A DNA stretch of 64,000 nt from Lama glama (taxonomy: Eukaryota), in the NCBI GenBank assembly GCA_028534125.1, contig CM052842.1, positions 1,736,001 to 1,800,000 on the forward strand, read 5' to 3'. Of this stretch, positions 35,556 through 47,235 are shown in pieces. Every line of letters begins with the position of its first letter. Position 1 is the stretch's first letter. Under the pieces are notes generated by a model. The model was not told the DNA's origin and searched no databases. It saw only the letters and a list, made by a program, of their open reading frames with translations. Position numbers and translations under genes: made by a program.

Positions 35556-36926
35556 GGGGACCTGGGACCAAGCCCAGGTGGGTCTCTGTGTCCTCAGACC
35601 TGGCTCCGCTGTGGTCGTCGGTGCCAAGAGTCACAGCGCCAGTCGGGTCCAGAAGTGACCGCAACTTCACGCGTCATTCAGCGTGACCCCGAGGGAGGTG
35701 CTGGGCCCCTGCGGGGCCGGGACCGGTACTATTTATATCCAGATCAATTCTAAGTCGGTTGCAAGGCTGCCTAATCGAATCTGCTGTCCTTCACCCTCCA
35801 GGACAAGACGCCTGGCCTGAGCTCCTGGGCCGTCCAGGCCCTTCTCCTGGTGGCTGAGCCGTGGAGCTGGCGGCAAGTGTTCGCGCTTGCTCTGGGGTGG
35901 GCTTGTCCTCTGTGCTGTTTGGTCTGATGCTTATTCATCACCAGCAACGCAAAGGGCCCCAGGCTGACAGACGCTGGGAGAGCTGAGGGCGCCCACTGCC
36001 TGTGATGCCCACCCAGTCACTGAGCTTTCTGGGGAGCCTGGGCGTCCCCGTGGGAAGAGGGGGTCCTGACACCACAGCAGCCCTCGGCCTTGGAGGGGGC
36101 GTGGAGAGGCTGCCCAGAGGCTGGACAGGAGACCCGGCGCTCACAGCGGCCGGCTCCGGAGCACCTCAGGGCCCCCGGCACCCCCCCTTCCTTGTCAAAG
36201 CCTTCTGGGCGTGTGCCGAGCACCAAGCCCACCAGTGGCGAGGGAGACCACCGAGCACAGTCCTCCAGGCCCCCTCGGGCACCACAGGGGCAGATCGTGG
36301 TCCCGGGCTGGAGAGCGGGGTGGGGAGCACAGCCTGGGGTGTGGGGTCCCCTCCACTCCCATCGAACACCCTGCCCTCTTTGCTCTCCTGGGTCTCCCCT
36401 CTCTCCTCCTCTTGTTCCTCCTGAGCCATCCCTGGGGCACCCCCTGGCGGCTGGAGACCCTGACGTCTGCGGCCTCTGCGATCTTCAGGAATGTGGCTCA
36501 GGGATCAGCAGCCCTGTGTTCGAACCCTGCATCTGTGCGGCCTCCTAACTGGACTTTTTTAATCCTCAATGTCCTCAGTGGTGATGTGGAATAGTAAAGC
36601 GCTCACCTGGGAAGGAGGGCTGCTGGGGGTGTTCAAACAACGATGGTGACAATAGGAAAACGCACCGCGGCCTTGGCTCAGCGCCTGGCACGGGGGAGCC
36701 ACCGACAGTCCTCTCTCAGATCTTCATGGATAATTTCTTCAGGCTCAAGAACGTGCCGACTTGCTGCACGTGACACCGAATTCGCACCTGCTGTGTGCTC
36801 CCCTGTGACAGCCCCGGGGACGTCAGCGTGGGAGGCAATTAGCCGGATGATGGCACCTGGATCTGGGGAGGGAGCCCAGGCCCCAGACCTGCCCGAGCGA
36901 TGAGCTCATGGGATTATGGGGGGAGG

Positions 36927-37030
36927 TTTTATTTTATTTTATTTTCCTTTATTTAATGGAGGGACTGGGGATTGAACTCAGGACCTTGTGCATGCTAAGC
37001 ATGCAGTCTGCCACTGAGCTACACCCTCCC
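36927..37030 (-). mobile_element. Vic-1-like tRNA-derived SINE (camelid)
   Basis: Reverse complement reads GGGAGGGTGTAGCTCAGTGGCAGACTGCATGCTTAGCATGCACAAGGTCCTGAGTTCAATCCCCAG plus (A4T)n tail; A and B boxes present; possible degenerate TSD ATGGGGGGAGGTTT/ATCGGGGAAGTTT. Confidence 0.9.
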
Positions 37031-37717
37031 TGCCCCCATCGGGGAAGTTTGAGAAGTAGTCGAGTAGTCGGGGAGGCTCTTCCTCTCTCCTGATGGCAGG
37101 ATGCTGCCCAGGCAGGGATGGGGGCTGGGGTGCCCCCCACGCCACGCGCTTGGAGAGGAAGGGCTCACAGAGAGGCTTGCCTCCCCAGGAGCTGCGGATG
37201 CTCGTGGAGGCGCTGGGCTTGCCCCGGCAGGCGTGGCGAGACCCTGGCTGTGGGGACAGGCTGTGCTTTTGACGCAGCCTCCACGGGGGAACCTGGCCCC
37301 TGGGGTGGACGAAACGATCCAGGCTGCACACCCGCGGGACGAGTGACCAGTGCAGGGAGCCGGCGGGGTCAGGAGCCCTCGTGGGAGGGGAGCCCCAGTC
37401 TACCAGACAGGAGCTGGTGCCAGGGCCCGTGGGCGCGATAAGCAGCAGTTCCACTGTTCCAGTTCTGAGTTACGTAAAGCCGCTTTCAGCCCTACCCAGA
37501 TCCTGCAGAATTCACCCGTCATCCCCTGCCAGGTTCTGTAGAATTTCCATTTTAATTAGAAACAATTGATTACGCTTCTCACGTCTCAGTCCTCCTTACC
37601 CGCAGCTCAGTGCTTTAGATAATGCATTTCTTTAATGGGTGCCCTGGGGGTTGCTGAAGAGGACAATCACATCTACCCACACACAGTTCCTCTGCCACAG
37701 AGCAGTGAGGAAAGCGG

Positions 37718-37736
37718 CGGGCAGCAGAGGGCGCTG
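37718..37736 (+). promoter_or_regulatory. Candidate CTCF site
   Basis: CGGGCAGCAGAGGGCGCTG: one mismatch to the core consensus. Confidence 0.45.
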
Positions 37737-38019
37737 GGGTGCGTGGTGCCCCTGGGAGGAAGCAGGAGGCAGCACAGTGGGGAGTTCGCTCTGTGTGGTC
37801 TTGGAAGTTGGACTGTGGTTCCCTCTTGTGCCCCACCAATTCCTGGAAAGCGTCCCACAGGGGACTGCGTGGAAAGCACATGTTTATTCTGACGAGCACT
37901 CACCCCGAATGCCCCGACTTCAGGGGACACGGTTGGTACAACGTAGGGAAAAGCCTGGGGACCCAGTTGCTTCTCTTTCACTCAGCACCAGCAATAAACC
38001 ACAAGGGAAAAACGACTTT

Positions 38020-38300
38020 GTGGCCGAGATGGCCACCCATTTACCACAAACCTACTTCCCCTCTGGGCACACGACTGGGCCACATTCCCAGCCCCCCTCT
38101 GCTGCCAGGTGTGGCCAGGTGACTGTGCTCTAGGCAGCGCATATGACAGGAAGGGAGGAGCTCCCCTTTGGCGGCCAGCTTCCTCTTCCTGCAGCTGGAT
38201 GCAGACGCCGTGAGGCCCTGGGCAACAGCTGAAAGAAGGGAGGCACTGGGGACGGTCCCTGCATCCCCACGAGACCAGTCTGCCCAGCTCGCCCCCGGGC
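38020..38300 (+). mobile_element. Old MaLR LTR fragment (MLT1J/K/L group)
   Basis: CACATTCCCAGCCCCCTCTGC...AGGTGTGGCCAGGTGACTGTGCTCTAGGCA. Confidence 0.55.
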
Positions 38301-41300
38301 GCCGTGTGAGAGGCAAATCCCCACCGCAGTGGAGGTGCAGTACACGAGCGGGCTGTCTGCGCTCTGGCTGTTGGTGGAGCCACTCCTGCACACCAGACAC
38401 TGGACCGGGTGCACGACAACTGTGGCAAGGCCCAGGGCGCCCTGCCCTTGTGGGGGTCAGCATGAGGGAGGCAGACGACAGGAAGCCGCCCCTGACAAGT
38501 GAACTCTCAGAAGGAAACACAGGGGCCGTGACGGTGGCAGGCGACCCGGAGGCGGGGTGGTCAGAAGGGGCTTCAGAAGATGGACACTCAGCCGAGGTGC
38601 TGGGATGGAGAGGAGGTCCTTGGAGAGGGGGAGGAAGGGCATCTCAGCACAAGGACTGGCATGCCAGACAGTCTGGAGGCAGGAACAAGCTTGCTGGGCT
38701 CATGTGGGCAGCACGGTGGCAGCAGGGAGGGACAATGGGGGAGACGGACCAGGGCCGGCCCCGGTGTGGTCCTCCCCTCAGGCCCCCTGGCTATCTGTCC
38801 TTGAGTGCCGAGCTGACCCCTTAGACAAGCGACAGGTGGGTGGAGCCAGGGGAAGAGCCGGCTCGGAGGGTGGGGCACCTGCACCCTTCACCCCGAGCAG
38901 ACCCTCTGGTGGCCCAGCCCTTCCCATGGGCTAAGGGCCGTCTTGGCCACCAGCTGTGCCTCTTACCCGACTGGATGGGCTCTAAACCCCTCTGAGCCCG
39001 CCCTGGCTTCCCGCCTCCCACGGGCTGCCCGCCTGGTGGTTGCGGTCTGTGGAGCACACAGCACAGCACGTGGCGCAAAGCACTTTCTCCAGCCGGTGAC
39101 CCCTTCCCTTCCTCCTGGTCCGCTTGCTCCTGGGAGGGGCCTCGGCGTCTGTGGCATGTGCTCTTGCCTGAAGCTGTGGCCCGAGGACAACCAGTGACTC
39201 CGATAATTGCATCCTTTCCAGCCCCAGGCAGTGATGAATGGGCCCGAATCCGCATCGCTTCAGGAATCAATACTGTAATATCTTCATATGAGTGGGGAGA
39301 TGAGGTGAGGAGATAGCCCAGCTTTTGAATTCCCCCTCAAAGGCCACGGAGGCTGCGGCATCTCGGAGCTAGAAGGACTCCTGGGGGCTTCTGTGCGCTG
39401 GTCCATGAGGGCAGGTGTGAGGGGTAGTGGTCAGCAAGGTGCAGAGACCTGGCTCCCTAGGCCAGCCCAGCAGGGTCTCCTGTCCCTGGTTTACACGTGG
39501 AGGATGCGAAGAGCTCTACCACCCCTCGCATCAAGTTGAGCTGAATGCTGGGGACCCCAGAGCCCCCCAGCCCTGGGATGTGTCCTGCAGGGTCTGGGTC
39601 TCCAGACAGAAGGATGAGACCTCAGGCTTCTAACACTGACAGTCAACGTTGTCGATTCCCAAGAGATTAAGTTACAGACTCAAGGTCGTGTCTCAAGTAG
39701 GGGTCAAGATAATTTCCCAGAACATTTGCTCTGAGCTGGACTTTGGCCACCGAGAGAGTTTAGGACGGGCTTTGCTCTGAGTCAGAGTGGGAAGTGATCT
39801 GCCCAGGGGACCGAAGAGAGGGGAGTGGGACAGGGACCTGCAGGCTGGGCTCTGCTCGTGGCCCATCCGTGCCCTCAAGAGGAAAGCCAGAACACCGTCC
39901 CATCATAGCAGACATCCATCCTTTCTCTTTCCAGAGCACCTCTGGTGAGAAATTGACTTATTTGCCATTGCACTGAGACTAAAATAAATGACACCATTTC
40001 CTGGCTCATCTTGTGAGCAATGTTTTCTTCTTTAGAGAAGCAGCATCACTGTCTCCTTCTGTTTGCTCAGCTGTGTGGGTTACTCATTTGTTCAGATACG
40101 TCCTCCGAGATCAGATGTCTCGCGCTCTCCTGGCCAGCAGAGTGATTAGCGGCCAGCACATCCATCTGCGGGTCCGTGACGCACTCTTCATCACCCTCTG
40201 TGGGCAGAGCCTGGCCTCCGACGGGGGGAGTCGTGGGAGGCGCCCTCCCCTGGGAAGTCAGGACTGGGCATGATCACAGAGACACAGCTCCTGACCTCAG
40301 GGCGTCACCAAGTCTGATGGAGGGGGCAGTTCCTGATCTGCTGGGCAGATGGGAGTGAGACAGCTCCTCCTCTGCTGGTCGGATGAGGAACAGATAGCCT
40401 CCCAAATTTTAAGGTCAGGTGGGGGACGCAGCCTCCCCACCACTGATCAGATATGAGAGACACAATCTCTATTTTTCCTGGTTCCCTGGGTGGGTGAAAA
40501 GGGCAAGATTCTGTCTCTTGGAAACCTAGTCTCCCGGGGAAACCACAGCCCTCACGGAGGCTGGGGACACATGGTCCCTGCCCTCCAGACGTCCCACAGT
40601 TGGAAGGGGAAGGTCAATGCCTGTCCCTGGAAAGGCACAGAGACGGCACCAAGGCCGGTGGAATCACTGTTCCAGAGACAACCGGCAAATGCCAGGGCTG
40701 AGGGGGTGGTTGCCTGACTTGGTTTGATTGACTGGAGGGAGTTAAGAGACACTTAGCCAACGGGCTGAAAGGGGAAAATCCAGGTGTTCTCTGTCACACT
40801 CACGCTGAGTAACATGCGTGGAAAATACCTGGATGGTGGGCTTGGTGTCTTTCCAGTTCCGACCCTGGGCTCTGGCTGGGCTCCTGAGGGTAACTGGGTA
40901 GGGTGGCTTCCCCAGGGGCCAGGAGGCACCATGAAGACAGTGCTGTGAGGTGCTGGGATGGGGTGGGGGTGGGGGCCGAGGGGAGATCCACATTACATCT
41001 TCAGCAAGAATTCAGGCCTTACCTGCATCCTCAGGGCTCTGCTTGGGGCATCCCAGAGCTAGATCCCCTAACCAGCCCCTTCAGAGTCCCCAGAAGGCCC
41101 CCCCCCCACCGGAGAGCTCGGGCTGCAGTCCAGGGCACTGAGCCATGACCTTTCCCCAGTCTCAAGGCCCGGGACTCTGAGGGGTTTCTGGGTCAGACTC
41201 ATCAGAACCTCTGTGGTTTCTGGATGGTCAAGGGCAGGAGAGGTGCAGAAACCCGGAGCCAAGGTCGTGCTCGCCAGGAAAGGCTATCCGCTGAGCTCTC

Positions 41301-42264
41301 CGTGGTGCTGAAACCACCCACAGCCGCTTTCCCCGGCACGGGGTCTCTGTGTTATAAACTTTCTCCAGTCTAAGGCCACCGTGGGCCCCGATGGGAGTGG
41401 GCAGCTATCTGCCTGAGGTTGCAGGGCAGCCAGATGTAGGACATCCCGCCATGAAGTACCTTCCTTCGCCACCCCACAGCCTGTCACTAGCTGCCTGTGC
41501 ACTGGAATAGGAGGTCACTGGGTCAAAGCCCCTGGTCTGCTTTCTCCGTACTTCTCACAGACCCTTACACAATGTCCTGAGCCCTGCAATGCCTCACTAA
41601 TGTTTCTGGGTGAGTGGGGGGAGATTACATAGGGTGTATCTGAGTCCCAGTTCATTACCTAGCCCAGTGGGAGTCGAATGAAGATGGACAGCATGAAATA
41701 AGCAAAAAAAGGGACTCGCAAAGCGCTTTCCACGATCTAGCTCTATTTAGAATTCACCCTTCGAATAGACCCTCCAATCTTTACCTTAATCGTCACCAGA
41801 CGCCCCACACCTTCCTGAGGGTGGTCTGAGGCCCTCCAGGGAGGAGCTGTCAACCTTCCTCTGAAGGTTAGAGCATGCAGCCGACGGCAGGTGCGGCAAA
41901 CCCCGCATGCCTACATCAGTGAGGGGCAGGATTGCAAGAGCCAACCTCTGGTAGCCAACTTCTCTCTATCCTTCTTGGCCCAGGCCCATATTCAATAAAC
42001 CTCCAGGATGCCTTCCCAGTGACTTGAGCCAACATCGACCTCTTTCCTCCCAAGTGCCCACGGCATCTCGTTTTCTATGGCATATGTCCAGGTGTGGCAT
42101 TTTCATATTTATTTTTTCCTCTGATTTCCTGAGCGTTCATCTTTCTGCAGGATCAATGTCTGATTCACCTTCAGATCCTTCGCCTCCTCGCACGGGGCCT
42201 TGACCTTTTAGGAAGGCATTGGATGAATGAGAAACTCATATGGCTTCTGCTCCTAGTAGTTCTG

Positions 42265-42421
42265 ATAGCGGCAGTGCCAGGAGGGCGCTGCTTCAAGTCC
42301 TTTTAACTGTTAATTCTTCGGTTTGTCCTCTAGACAAAGCTCAGAGATCAAGCACACGCTGTTCTCAGTTTATAAGTGGAGCACAGAGAGACTATGGAAA
42401 CTGCCTGAGGTCACACAGCCC
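42265..42421 (-). mobile_element. MIR SINE
   Basis: CTCAGTTTATAAGTGGAGCACAGAGAG...AACTGCCTGAGGTCACACAGC. Confidence 0.55.
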
Positions 42422-45400
42422 AGGCAATTGTTCCCAGAGGCTGTGTTTCCTGAAAAGAGATGAGCAGAATCCAAGCAAAGTGAATTGGTTTAGTGAGCTT
42501 AGGTGTAGGGAGCAGGGAAAAAAGTCAGACTGGTTTTCCTCAATAACAGAATCTCATAGAAATAGGAGGTGTTATAGCTCATCTGGTTTAAAAGAATGAT
42601 TTTATAAATGAGTAAACAGAGACCTTACATGAGGGATGAGGGACGAGGAACAACACAACACCCGGCCACATGCAGACTGGGTTATGAGCAGGGCCCTGGT
42701 CTCCCCCATCCATCACCTGGGGGCCTGCAGGGCCAGAGCACATGGTTATTCTGAAAACTGGAAGATTTCACGAGGGTGCACCATGGTTTCTAAAGGGAGG
42801 TGGTCACAGCAGGGAGTGGACCACATCTGCAGAACAGGGCTGCATCTCTACATTCTGTGAAAAAATGTATCAGCAGGTATATTTGTTAGGTTACCGGTTC
42901 CTCTGTGCACGAGGGAGAATCCAAATTTCGAGGGGCTTCAACACGGGTAACGCGGCAGGTGTGAGCCAGGTGAAAATGCAGCCCAGGAGCAGAGACCCGG
43001 CACGCCCCGGGCCGCCACCCTCAGGGGTGGCTTTCGTCCGGCACGTCCGCCCTTCAGCGTTGGGGCAGGGGGACACGGGCAGAGGGCAGGTGTGCCGCCT
43101 CCCCAGGAGCACGATCTTGCTCCCGTCCGAGGACTCGAGCTCGGTCACACGGGGACTCTGAGCCACAAAGGGAGACAAACCAGGCTTCTTATTAGGTGGC
43201 AGGTGTCCTGCCAAAATCCAGGGCGGAGCAGGTAGTGGATGCTGAGCAGGTCTTCCTCAGGTGCCGGCCAGCAGGGCGACAGTGACCAGACCGATGTTCA
43301 TGTACGGGGCTTTCACAGACGGGCCTGGCCGTCTCCCCAGCATCCTTCGTTCTCACCTGCCAGGTTTCTGCATCACCTGCTTATTCATGTTATTTCATTC
43401 AAATCCCACAGCAACCCAGGGATCTAGACAGGGCCACGCCTTCTCCCCAGCGTCCAGGTGAAGAGGTGGACAGACAGGGGCTCTGGCCCACCCGAGGTCA
43501 GGCGTGAGCCCAGGCTCTCTGACTGCAGGTTTTTTGCCCCACAGGCAGAGTGGTGTTTCCATTGCTGGGTCCCGGCCTCTCACAAGTCTTGCAAAGCCTG
43601 TGGGACTGTTGACTCAGAGCTCAGAGCGTGCTCCTGGGACCTCCGGTCTTGGGGCCGTGGTCTGGCCCGCAGCTGCGGGTGGGGCGGGTCCAGGGCAGAC
43701 AACACGCCTGGGGGCCTGGGGGCCGGAGGCAGCAGCTGTCTCTCCTCAGGTGCTGTTGTTTTATTACCATCCACCCGTCCCTCCTCCTCCCTGCCAGGCT
43801 CAGATCCAGGCTTCTCAGCCGTCTCGCGGGCAGAGCCAGTCCTGGGCCTCTGGCAGGGAGGGAAAGGCGTGCGGACAAGGTGCAACAGAGGCCTGGCCTC
43901 ACAGCTCTGCCCTCTGCCGGCAGCCTGTGGGTCACGGACCACTGTGACGGGAGGACCTGGGTGAACTGGCTCCCTGGGCTCCGGCAGGGAGATTGAGCTC
44001 ATCTTTCCACAAGGCCTCCTTCTCCTGGGCGGGGCTCTTGGCTAGACACTCGTTTCATCGTTTGACTCAGTCCTGAGACAGCCTTTAACAGGGGTCCTGC
44101 TGGGGCCTCTGCTTTAGGGGCAGGGACCTGAGGCTCAGGGTGGCTGAGGGACACGTCTGGGGTCACGCAGCGGAGAGCCAGAACTCAAAGCCCAGCCAGC
44201 CCCAGGGATGACGCCCTGTCTCTCCAGCTTGCAGACCGAGGGCAGCTAGGAGGCTGAGCTGTGTCCACCCACAGCCCCTGATCCGACTCATTGTTCAGAA
44301 AACGGACAGGCTGCCTGGTCTGTGTTCACATCCCCGGGGGGCCCAGAACACGAACATCCCCGTGAAGCACGTGACCGTTAGCTCTGCGAAGGTCTGCGTG
44401 AGCCCCCAGCAGCCTTGTGTCAGCTCAGGGCGGATTTTGCCCCCAGAGGCATTGATTTGTAGAGCCATCTGCCTTCTGGAGCTGTGGGAGGAGGCTCAGT
44501 CCCCAGCAGGTGGTGACGGTGATGAAGTCAGGGACCTGGGTCCCAGAGGCCCAGGCTTGCGGCCGGGGACAGGACACTTGATTTTCACCGTGAACTTGTG
44601 TTTCTTCAGAACTATGTTCCACGTGCATTTTAACTATTAAATAAAAAGTCAGACTTTAAAGAGTTGGTCCACCGGATGATGTCTGTGCTGGCTCCCTTTG
44701 GCCCCACCAGCCCTCGGTCTCCAGACCACCAGCCCCCTCGGAAGGAAGCAGCATCCGAACAGTGGTCAGGGACAACTGTGGTGTCCCTGACCCAACTGTG
44801 GTGGGTCCCAGCACTGGCCCTCCCAATCTCTCCATAGGGGCAAAGCCACCCCATCTTACCACGCCTCAGTTTCTCCATCTGAGAAATGGGTGCGACCTCA
44901 CGTCATGGAGAAGTCCTGAGCCCAGGCTCCAGGAAGCCCCGCTGGGGTCTGATTTCATCTCCTGAACTTGCTCTGAGGGTCCCCACTCCTTAGACAATAT
45001 ACTGAGGGTGGGCCAGTGAGTCTCAGGGGGCTTATTCCATCTCAGACACCCCAGGGCCTCACAGGATAGCCCCACAACACAGACATGGCCTGCTTGTCAC
45101 CTGCCGGGGACCCAGGGTGGACGAGGGATGTTGATGGCTAAAGCACCATCAAGTCACTTATCTCAAAGAAAGGCTCTGGTTAGTCCTATCTCATTCAGTG
45201 TCACTTAATTATTAAGAATGAACGACCTTACCACCATGTAAGACAGGTCTGAGCGCCCAGACACTGGATGTCCGTGAAGATCTTCAAAGGCCCAAGTGCG
45301 GCTCCACTGGGGGACACTACTGGCGGCAGATCAAACTCCGGAGACTCTCGGAGCAGAGTGGGCGCGGGGCTGGCCCCGCCCCGTCCCCTCCAGTCCTGCT

Positions 45401-45587
45401 CCCCGGGGCGCCTCTGCCCTCAGACCGCGCCTCCTGCAGGAGCCCCCTGGGTGCACCGGGGAGGTGCCTGTGTTTCCCCTCTTCTCTGCTGTCTTGCCGT
45501 GGGAGGGTGTATTCCCCTTCCCCCTCCCCGACCCAGGGCGCTCTGTCCTGGCCCCTCCCTCACGCTCCTTTCCCTGTCCTGCCCCCC

Positions 45588-46195
45588 TTTTTTCTCCCTG
45601 GCTTTACTGAGGTCTAACTGACAAATAAAAATGGAGCATATTTTCGGCGCACAACCTGATGGTTGGATACACGGATGTCCTGGGAGAGGGTCGCGCAGTC
45701 AAGCTAACGAACACACCCGTCGCTTCCCATGGTCTCCATTTCCTTCTTTTTCTTTTTTGTTTGACGTGGGAACACTTAAGATCTAAGACCTCTTGGCGAC
45801 TTTCAAGTCGCAACGCGGCGTTGCGGACTGTGGTCACGCTGTGCCTTAGAGCCGGAATCTATTCATCTCGTACCTGGAACTGGTGTCTTTGACCAGCCTC
45901 TCCCGTTCCCCCCCGAGGCCCTGGCGACCAGACGTCTGCTCTCTGCTCCTGTGACCTCGTCTTCTTCTGATTCCACGTAGAGGTAGTGTCTGCCCTTCTC
46001 TGTCTGGCTTCTGTCTCTCAGCATAATGCCCTCAAGGTACATCCACGTGGTGTGAAGGCAGGGTTTCCTTCCTTCTAAGGCTGAGTAGTATTCCATGGTG
46101 ACACAAGTGCCACATTTCCTAGCCCACCCTGCCGTCCACGGACACCCAGGTGGACTGACATCTTGGTTCCTGTGAAGGACGCTGCCATGAGCGTC
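45588..46195 (-). mobile_element. L1MA9-like 3' end (3' UTR plus end of ORF2)
   Basis: GCTTTACTGAGGTCTAACTGACAAATAAAA, AACACTTAAGATCTA, CTCAGCATAATGCCCTCAAGGTACATCCACGTGG, GCTGAGTAGTATTCCAT; minus-strand translation TMEYYSAL...TTWMYLEGIML is L1 ORF2 C-terminus-like. Confidence 0.85.
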
Positions 46196-46332
46196 CCCCT
46201 CTGTCTGTCGATCTATCTCTCCTTCTCCCCATCCCTCCATCAGTCCCTTCTCTCCATCTTCCCCTCCCTCCCTCCCTGCTTCTCTTACCCTCTGTCTGTC
46301 CCTGTCAGCCTGTCTCTCTCCCTCTCGGTCTC
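46195..46332. repeat. CT-rich low-complexity tract
   Basis: CTCTCTCC/CCCTCCCT/CTGTCT units. Confidence 0.8.
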
Positions 46333-46874
46333 TGGGCATCTGTGCAGCTGATATGTGTGTCTCTGGCGCTGGCCATGTCAGACCCGGCCCAGCCTCAGCT
46401 GGCGTCCCTTCTTCCCGCAGAAACACGTTCCTCGGAAGCCCAGGTGCGTGGTGTTGGGCCAGCAGCCGCCTCCCACCCCCGCCAGGAGCTCCCGGCCTGA
46501 CCCCATTGGGAGGCGGCGTAGTCACCCTGGAAGTGTCCTGGCCTTCAGAGAAGACGGAGGCTCATTTGGCTCGAAACCCAGCCCTGCCTCTTGTTTACCT
46601 GGTGGCCGTGGCAGGAAGGCCCCAGGGAGCCTGGGCCTGTGGGTTACGGGACAGTCCCCTCGAGCGTAGGAAGGCCTGGTGTCGGGGGGCACGGCACTTC
46701 CCCTTCCTGCCCGGGGGTTCCCACCAGGAGAGCGCGTGGAGGGCAGCTCAGGAGTCCCCTCGGAGGCTGAAGGTTTGGTTTGAGCTCGAAGCGTTGTGGT
46801 GTCTGGCACCCACAGGGCAGAGGGCATGTGGACAGAGTAACGAACACCCCTCCTGCTGGTCCTGGGACTTCAGG

Positions 46875-47235
46875 GCCAACTTTACAGAGATACAGTTTTC
46901 AGACCATAAAAGGCACCATTTTAAGCGGCAGTTCGGTGGGCTTGGACAAATCTATCACATAACCACCGGGACGACCAAGATGGAGAACACTCTGCCCCCC
47001 AAGCTCACGGCCGGAGGTCACTGTCTCCCAGCCCAGCCCCCAGCAGCGCTCACCTGCAGTCGCCACCAGTGTGTGGCTGGGACCTTTACGTAAACGGCCC
47101 TGCACGGCTGGCGCCGTGGTGCAGGTGTTCATGGGACACGCGTGCGGAGCTTCACGCCCCACAGCCGGCCTCTGTGGTGTTCCGAAGTCCTGCCTTCTGG
47201 GAATAAGCATCCGGGTGATTTCCATTTTGACCAGC
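46875..47235 (-). mobile_element. Old L1 (L1ME/L1MC-like) 3' fragment
   Basis: CAACTTTACAGAGATACAGTTTTCAGACCATAAAA...CCATTTTAAG; GATTTCCATTTTGA. Confidence 0.6.

Noticed and set aside
36958-37030. tRNA-Ala-like gene (also 49788-49855)
   Set aside because: SINE heads with A-rich tails and TSD-like flanks; acceptor stem and cloverleaf not intact.
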